Of a stretch of 64,000 nucleotides of DNA, positions 54,841-64,000 are shown piece by piece. A program made the position numbers and the translations under genes. Under the pieces are notes generated by a model that was given only the letters and a program-made list of their open reading frames with translations, searched no databases and was not told the DNA's origin. Location: assembly GCA_023244895.1 (NCBI GenBank), contig JAHFLL010000001.1, positions 553,802 through 617,801 on the forward strand, written 5' to 3'. The first letter of the stretch is position 1, and every line of letters begins with the position of its first letter. This DNA comes from Candidatus Liptonbacteria bacterium. GTDB lineage: Bacteria; Patescibacteriota; Minisyncoccia; UBA6257; 2-01-FULL-56-20.

Positions 54841-56541
54841 ATGGCTCTTAGCGAAATAGTTAAAAAAGAACCGAACGGTCTTATCGCCCGGGCTTATAAG
54901 TTCGCGGAAAAGGCGCATGCCGGGCAAAAGCGCAAGACCGGCGAACCATATTTCAATCATGTTAAAGCCACCGCGGAAAATCTATTTGGCTGGCATCTGG
55001 ACGACACCACTGTTGCCGCCGGACTACTGCACGACACCGTAGAAGATACCGGCATTCCGCTCTCAACCATCAAAGACGAATTTGGAGAAGAGGTAGCGTT
55101 TCTGGTGGACGGCGTAACCAAGCTGGGACATATAAAATACCGCGGAGTAGAAACCCAGGTGGAAAATCTGCGCAAGATGTTCCTGGCTCTATCGGAAGAC
55201 TTGCGGGTAGTCTTTATTAAGCTGGCGGACCGCTTGCACAATATGCAGACCTTGGGCGCCCTGCCACCCCAGAAACAAAAAAGGATTGCATTGGAAACGG
55301 ATGAAATTTACGCTCCTATCGCCTACCGGCTTGGCATGCAAAATCTTTCCGGCATACTGCAAGACATAGCCTTCCCCTATCTCTACCCCCAGGAGGAGCG
55401 CTGGCTGAAGCGCATGGTTAAAGACGAATATCTGGAACGGGAAAAATATTTGAAACACATCAAGCCCGCGCTGGAAGAAGCCCTGCGAGAGGTCGGGCTT
55501 AAAGAATATTCCATTGATTTCCGCGCTAAGCGCTACAGTAGTCTGTACCACAAGTTAATGCGACACGATATGGATATAAACCAAATCTACGACTTGGTCG
55601 CTATGCGTGTTATCGTTCAATCTATCTCGGACTGCTATCTGGTCCTGGGAATAGTACATAAGGTCTGGCCGCCACTCCCGGGCAGGATTAAGGACTATGT
55701 TGCCATGCCTAAGCCCAACGGATACCGCTCGCTCCACACTACCGTTATCGGACCGGAAGAGAAATTCGTTGAAGTGCAAATTAGAACCAGTCAGATGCAT
55801 GAGGAAAACGAGAATGGTATCGCAGCGCACTGGCTCTATGAGCAGAAAAAACAAGGCGGAGGCAAACAGACTAGCTTGGGCAAACTGGCGGAAGAATTGA
55901 AATGGGTCCAACAATTGCGACGTTGGCAGGAAAGCTTTACGGAAGGCAATCCGGAAGAATCGCTCTCTTCCATGAAGATAGATTTTTTCCGCAATCGCAT
56001 CTTCGCGATAACCCCCAAGGGCGACGTTATTGATTTGCCGGCCGGCTCCACTCCGGTTGATTTCGCGTATCAGATACATAGCGACATCGGCAACTCCTGC
56101 ATGGGCGCGAAAGTTAACGATCGCTTCGTGCCGCTGGACCACGAACTCCGCTCCGGGGACGTGGTCGTAATTCTCGCTCAAAAAGGCAAAAGGCCATCCG
56201 AAGACTGGCTCAAGTTCGTGAAGACCAGCATGGCTCGCGACCATATCCGACTGGCGCTTAAACGTAAAAATAAGGGGTTAAAATCCACCGCCTCTACTCC
56301 CACTCGGATAGAGTTTCGGGTCACCGCCAAAAGAAGAATTGGCCTACTTAAGGACATCTCTCAAATATTTTCTCAATCTCACTTCAGCATTCTAGACATT
56401 AACACTCCCGGCCAGCCCGACAGCGACTTTCATGTGATCCGCATCCAAACGGAGCTCGCGGAAAAACGTAAGGTGGAAAAAACCATCCTCAAGCTAAAGA
56501 GAATAAAAGAGGTTCAAGAAGCAGGTTACCAGTTAGTGTAG
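54841..56541 (+). CDS. rel: Bifunctional (p)ppGpp synthetase/hydrolase, compact Rel
   Basis: HAGQKRKTGEPY, LLHDTVED, RIKDY, PKPNGYRSLHT, TGS domain (TPVDFAY), ACT-like C-terminus. Confidence 0.93.
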   Translation: MALSEIVKKEPNGLIARAYKFAEKAHAGQKRKTGEPYFNHVKATAENLFGWHLDDTTVAAGLLHDTVEDTGIPLSTIKDEFGEEVAFLVDGVTKLGHIKYRGVETQVENLRKMFLALSEDLRVVFIKLADRLHNMQTLGALPPQKQKRIALETDEIYAPIAYRLGMQNLSGILQDIAFPYLYPQEERWLKRMVKDEYLEREKYLKHIKPALEEALREVGLKEYSIDFRAKRYSSLYHKLMRHDMDINQIYDLVAMRVIVQSISDCYLVLGIVHKVWPPLPGRIKDYVAMPKPNGYRSLHTTVIGPEEKFVEVQIRTSQMHEENENGIAAHWLYEQKKQGGGKQTSLGKLAEELKWVQQLRRWQESFTEGNPEESLSSMKIDFFRNRIFAITPKGDVIDLPAGSTPVDFAYQIHSDIGNSCMGAKVNDRFVPLDHELRSGDVVVILAQKGKRPSEDWLKFVKTSMARDHIRLALKRKNKGLKSTASTPTRIEFRVTAKRRIGLLKDISQIFSQSHFSILDINTPGQPDSDFHVIRIQTELAEKRKVEKTILKLKRIKEVQEAGYQLV

Positions 56542-56545
56542 GAAA

Positions 56546-57616
56546 TTATTCCTCCTTGCCGGCAATTCTTTCCAAAATATTACGTAACTCCTCTTCGGAA
56601 AAGAAGTTGATGGTGATCTTGCCGGAGCCCTCCCCTTTCGCGTCTATTTCTACCGGCGCGCCCAGCTCGGAACTTAAGCGTTCCTGTATCATCTTTATTT
56701 CCGTAGGCACCGTATGCCGTTCGCGAGGCTTCTGGATGGAGGTGGCTCGCACTCGATTCTTAAGCTCGCGCGTGGTCATACCGTGCGCCAAAAGGTCCTG
56801 AAAGAGCCGTTCTTGGGCAGCGGGGTCGTCCACCGCGAGAAGTAGGCGGCCATGGCTTTCGCTCATCTGCCCTTTCTCTATCGCTTCCCGGATATGATCC
56901 GGCAGATCCAAGAGGCGCATGGTGTTGGCCACCGCCTCTCTACTCTTGCCTAAGCGGGCAGCAACCTCGCGTTGAGTCATACGAAACTCATCCTGGAGTC
57001 GTGCGAAGGCGCGCGCCATTTCAATAGGGTTAAGGTTCTCGCGCTGGATATTTTCTATAATCGCGAGTTCCAGTCTTTCTTTTTCAAACTTAACATTACG
57101 AATAATAGCGGGAATGGTCTCCAGGCCCAGGAGCTTTGTTGCCTGCAAGCGGCGTTCGCCCGAAATCAGTTGGTATTCCACCACCGTGCCCGTGGGAGTT
57201 TCGTGCTCTACCTTGGAAACAACTATGGGTTGAAGCAAGCCAAATTCGCGGATAGAAGAGGCCAATTCCTTTAGGGCTTCTGGGTCAAAGTTACGCCGGG
57301 GCTGGTCCGGATTTGGGAAAACCTTGCCGACCTCTACATGAAAAATAGCATCTCCCATACGGGAAGCATCCAGCTTTTCTTTGTCCTTCTTGGCCGCCTC
57401 CCAGGCCCAATCCTTTTTCTCATCCACCGGCTCAAGATCCTCCGCCGGAGAAGCGACGGGAAAAGACACAACCGGATCAGAAATCGGAGCGGGAGACACC
57501 GGCTCGGGAGCGGGAGAACTCTGATTGGGAATAAGCGATTCCAAACCCTTGCCTAATCCGGAGCTCTGTCCTTGAGAGTTATTCCCGAAAGGATTATTTT
57601 GTTCGTCGTTATACAT
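56546..57616 (-). CDS. parB: Chromosome partitioning protein ParB
   Basis: GLGKGLESLI, PNPDQPRR, GERR, ENIQRENL, HTH. Confidence 0.95.
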   Translation of the reverse strand: MYNDEQNNPFGNNSQGQSSGLGKGLESLIPNQSSPAPEPVSPAPISDPVVSFPVASPAEDLEPVDEKKDWAWEAAKKDKEKLDASRMGDAIFHVEVGKVFPNPDQPRRNFDPEALKELASSIREFGLLQPIVVSKVEHETPTGTVVEYQLISGERRLQATKLLGLETIPAIIRNVKFEKERLELAIIENIQRENLNPIEMARAFARLQDEFRMTQREVAARLGKSREAVANTMRLLDLPDHIREAIEKGQMSESHGRLLLAVDDPAAQERLFQDLLAHGMTTRELKNRVRATSIQKPRERHTVPTEIKMIQERLSSELGAPVEIDAKGEGSGKITINFFSEEELRNILERIAGKEE

Positions 57617-58412
57617 TAAAATTGCCTCCGCTCATGTTCTGACTTTTTGCCCGACTTTGATTGATTATCTCCAACGCTAGACGATGGTACGCTTCTGCTC
57701 CGGCAGAGTCCGGTCTGTGCAGAACTACCGGCCTACTAAAACTGGGCGCCTCCGCGAGCGCGATACTACGCGGTATTTCGGTTTCAAAAACAGGATGTGG
57801 AAAATGCGCGCGTAAATCCCTGGCAACCTCTCTGTTTAATTGCTCTCTACCATCATACATGGTGAGAAGCGCCCCCGCGACTTCCAAGTTATGTCCCAGA
57901 TTACTGCGGATTAGGTTTATGGTTTCTAGTAGCTGACCCAGACCCTCCAAACTATAATACTCCGCCTGAACCGGTATCAGAACCTCATCGCTTGCCACCA
58001 GCCCGTTTACGGTAAGGAGGCTTAGGCTGGGAGGCATATCTATAAAAATATATTCATAGCCGTGCCTTAGATGGTTTAAAAATCTGCGCAACAACCCCTC
58101 CCGTTTGGGAATATTAACTAACTCCACCAATGCTCCGGCTAGATGAGGCGCGGCGGGGATGTAATGGAAATTATAGAGCGAAGACGGACGGACCAGCTCC
58201 CACGGTTCGGCTTGATTTAGAATACCGTGGTAAACATTCGCCTCACCGCTCCGCGGGTCGTAACCCAGCGCGGAACTAGCATTGGCCTGGGGATCAAAGT
58301 CCACCAGAAGCACGCGCTTGCCCTGTAGGGCAATGTAGGCTGCGAGATTAACGGCGGTAGTAGTTTTACCTACACCACCCTTCTGATTGCAAATGCCGAT
58401 TACACGAGCCAT
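57609..58412 (-). CDS. parA: Chromosome partitioning ATPase ParA/Soj
   Basis: NQKGGVGKTT, DPQAN, EAPS. Confidence 0.96.
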   Translation of the reverse strand: MARVIGICNQKGGVGKTTTAVNLAAYIALQGKRVLLVDFDPQANASSALGYDPRSGEANVYHGILNQAEPWELVRPSSLYNFHYIPAAPHLAGALVELVNIPKREGLLRRFLNHLRHGYEYIFIDMPPSLSLLTVNGLVASDEVLIPVQAEYYSLEGLGQLLETINLIRSNLGHNLEVAGALLTMYDGREQLNREVARDLRAHFPHPVFETEIPRSIALAEAPSFSRPVVLHRPDSAGAEAYHRLALEIINQSRAKSQNMSGGNFNV

Positions 58413-58484
58413 ATGAAATACATTTTAAGGGTTGGGGTTGATTTTAGCAATAAAAAAAGGTTAAATGTCCCCGTAGCTTGATAA

Positions 58485-58566
58485 GCCCGGGTGGCGGAAT
58501 TGGTAGACGCGCACGACTCAAAATCGTGTGAGGAAACTCATGCCGGTTCGATTCCGGCCCTGGGCA
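58485..58566 (+). tRNA. tRNA-Leu(CAA)
   Basis: CACGA-CT CAA AA-TCGTG arm, long variable arm TGAG-GAAA-CTCA, GTTCGATTC. Confidence 0.95.
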
Positions 58567-58572
58567 CATGAC

Positions 58573-58610
58573 TCAACTTTAAACCCCTCTTTGGAGGGGT
58601 TTAAAGTTGA
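58573..58610. terminator. Bidirectional terminator
   Basis: tcaactttaaacccctc / gaggggtttaaagttga. Confidence 0.8.
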
Positions 58611-59164
58611 GCGGATGCCAACCCGTCTTCCGTTTCTTTTTTATGGGGATGATATTTACTGAGCAGAAGGTGTATCAAGATGGCGCTTACAAGACCCACG
58701 ACCATGCCACCTAAAATATCTAGTGGCCAGTGCACGCCCGCAACTACGCGCGCGAAACCATTCACCAGAGACAGACCCAGATAAACCAAGCCCCAGCGCC
58801 AGGAGAACATCAGCATGCCACCAGACAAGGCGAACATGAATGACGCATGACCGGAAGGGAAAGAATTACCGTGTTCGGATAGCAGCGCGGCCAGACCCAA
58901 CGCGTCCATGGGACGCGGATGTTGGTAGAAAAAATGAAAAACTTCCGCGATGATTCCTCTGCTCAAAATTAAAATAATGGCGATCTCCAGAAAAACGAAC
59001 CAGCGTTCCCGCTTGCTCTCAAAAGAGAAAATCCAACCGAGCGCCAAGAGAACCATAAAGTACGGCAAATACTGCCCCAGAAAAACAAAAAAACCATCCA
59101 GCAAGAAGCTTTGATGAGATAGCCCGAAAAGAGAATGGAAAAGCGACTCGTTGAGTGTCGCCAT
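58601..59164 (-). CDS. PAP2-family phosphatase (BcrC-like)
   Basis: PRP, SFPSGHA, RVVAGVHWPLD. Confidence 0.92.
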   Translation of the reverse strand: MATLNESLFHSLFGLSHQSFLLDGFFVFLGQYLPYFMVLLALGWIFSFESKRERWFVFLEIAIILILSRGIIAEVFHFFYQHPRPMDALGLAALLSEHGNSFPSGHASFMFALSGGMLMFSWRWGLVYLGLSLVNGFARVVAGVHWPLDILGGMVVGLVSAILIHLLLSKYHPHKKETEDGLASAQL

Positions 59165-59170
59165 TTTAAT

Positions 59171-59371
59171 TTATCTTTTGACGTAAGGCAATAGACCCAT
59201 AAAACGCGCGCGCTTAATCGCCTGTGCGAGCTTGCGCTGATGCCCGGCGCAAATTCCAGTGTGCTTTGGATCAATTATTTTCGCCTGACCGGAAACAAAA
59301 CGCCGCAGAAGAGGAACTTCCTTATAATCTATATCTTTTAAGTTTTGGGAGCAGAAGAAACACTGGACCAT
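59171..59371 (-). CDS. rpsR: 30S ribosomal protein S18
   Basis: CFFC...IDYK...HQRKL..AIKRAR..GLLPY. Confidence 0.96.
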   Translation of the reverse strand: MVQCFFCSQNLKDIDYKEVPLLRRFVSGQAKIIDPKHTGICAGHQRKLAQAIKRARFMGLLPYVKR

Positions 59372-59375
59372 TGTT

Positions 59376-59446
59376 TTAGTAATTTAGTTATTAGTCTTTA
59401 GTTATTAGTAGTATCCATCTAAGTTCTAAGCGCTAAGTCCTAACGA
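59376..59446. repeat. Two facing heptamer arrays (TTAGnnn then CTAAnnn)
   Basis: ttagtta ttagtct ttagtta ttagtag ... ctaagtt ctaagcg ctaagtc ctaacga. Confidence 0.7.
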
Positions 59447-59920
59447 CTAGAATGGCAAGTCCTCGGGCTTAATATCATCTTCCAGATCTATGATCGGGAT
59501 ATCTTCCACAGCTGGAGCCTGCGGAGATTCTTCCGGTTTACTATCTCTCTCTGAGGCCGCAGCGGGATTGCCGGTTGGGGCCGCTCCCCCGCCCGCCCGC
59601 GGACCGAGCTGTAATCTTTCACAAATTATCTCGGTAGTTTTATGATTCTGGCCCTGTTTGTCTTGCCAAGTCCGGGTGCGCAGACGTCCCTCCACATAAA
59701 TCATCGCGCCTTTCACTAGAAACTGGCTGGCTATCTCCGCCTGACGCCCCCAGGCAACCACGGAATGAAATTCTACTTCTTCCTGCTTTTTGCCATCCTT
59801 GCTCTGCCAGACACGATTAGTCGCCACCCCAAAGGTTGTAACCGATGCACCCGCGGGAGTATTCCGGAGCTGCGGATCCGCCGTTACCCTACCAATGATG
59901 AAGACTTTATTTAGATTCAT
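59447..59920 (-). CDS. ssb: Single-stranded DNA-binding protein
   Basis: NKVFIIGR, VEGRLRTR.W, C-terminal DLPF. Confidence 0.97.
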   Translation of the reverse strand: MNLNKVFIIGRVTADPQLRNTPAGASVTTFGVATNRVWQSKDGKKQEEVEFHSVVAWGRQAEIASQFLVKGAMIYVEGRLRTRTWQDKQGQNHKTTEIICERLQLGPRAGGGAAPTGNPAAASERDSKPEESPQAPAVEDIPIIDLEDDIKPEDLPF

Positions 59921-59929
59921 GCTTCTACT

Positions 59930-60367
59930 TTACTGCTGTTGCAGTATTTCTTCAATCTTCTTTTCTAAGTCCTCGTTGCTCAGAGTATCACTTACGGGTT
60001 TACGCTCAGCAGAGACAACTGGAAGCGCCTCCGCGGGACCGCTCTTTGAAGAGGACGCACGGGGCTTGTTGGTCTTAACAGAGGGCGGAGTTATTACCAA
60101 AAAACGCAGGAATATCCCGGCTGTTTTAAGCTCCTTAGAAAGCTCCGCGGCTTGATCCGGAGCCATATTAAAGTGAACAAATCCAAAGTTGGCGGAGGTC
60201 TGTTTTTCAATAGGATACGAGAGAACAATATTCTCTACCGGACCCTCCAAGACCACCTCCCCTCCGAAGCGGTTGATCCACTGGAGCAGAACCTCTTTCC
60301 CGCCCTCTTCTTTACTTAAGAAGGATAATTCGTACTTTTTGCTTTGTTTTTCTGTGTCTTGTTCCAT
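59930..60367 (-). CDS. rpsF: 30S ribosomal protein S6
   Basis: YELSFL, LSYPIEK, LRFLV; rpsF-ssb-rpsR order. Confidence 0.9.
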   Translation of the reverse strand: MEQDTEKQSKKYELSFLSKEEGGKEVLLQWINRFGGEVVLEGPVENIVLSYPIEKQTSANFGFVHFNMAPDQAAELSKELKTAGIFLRFLVITPPSVKTNKPRASSSKSGPAEALPVVSAERKPVSDTLSNEDLEKKIEEILQQQ

Positions 60368-60407
60368 AAGCGTTACAAACTCTAACCGATTTGTGTTTTT
60401 GCGTCAA

Positions 60408-64000
<3,593 letters not shown>

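Noticed and set aside
55555-56244. 229-aa antisense ORF and the many similar shadow ORFs in the track
   Set aside because: They lie opposite or within well-supported genes and show no recognisable motifs

Overview
Core-chromosome segment of a small-genome bacterium. Gene content and order point to Patescibacteria/CPR, Parcubacteria-like, genetic code 11; this is an inference, not a database result. Housekeeping genes: fusA start, rpsG, rpsL, recG, class II ribonucleotide reductase, obgE, uppP, rmuC, the ftsZ-ftsA-ybeY-yqeY-rpsU-HIT-hisS-lepB run, pth, dprA-topA, rel, parAB, rpsR-ssb-rpsF and the 3' part of rpoC. There are six tRNAs, a CsoR-regulated copper operon, a type IV pilus locus with three tandem major pilins, and a 1287-aa surface protein. 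I found no integrase, transposase, reverse transcriptase, CRISPR array or rRNA. Most notable observations: (1) an EamA/DMT transporter fused in frame to a riboflavin kinase domain; (2) three pilin genes with homogenised constant blocks around a variable Cys-containing segment; (3) a ~110-bp structured mini-element behind tRNA-Arg(UCG) that duplicates the tRNA 3' end and carries an antisense copy of the T-arm; (4) unannotated GC-rich micro-gene cassettes, one resembling a type I toxin; (5) two adjacent tRNAs with a TCC instead of TTC T-loop; (6) a 161-bp dockerin-like module copied three times inside the surface protein.
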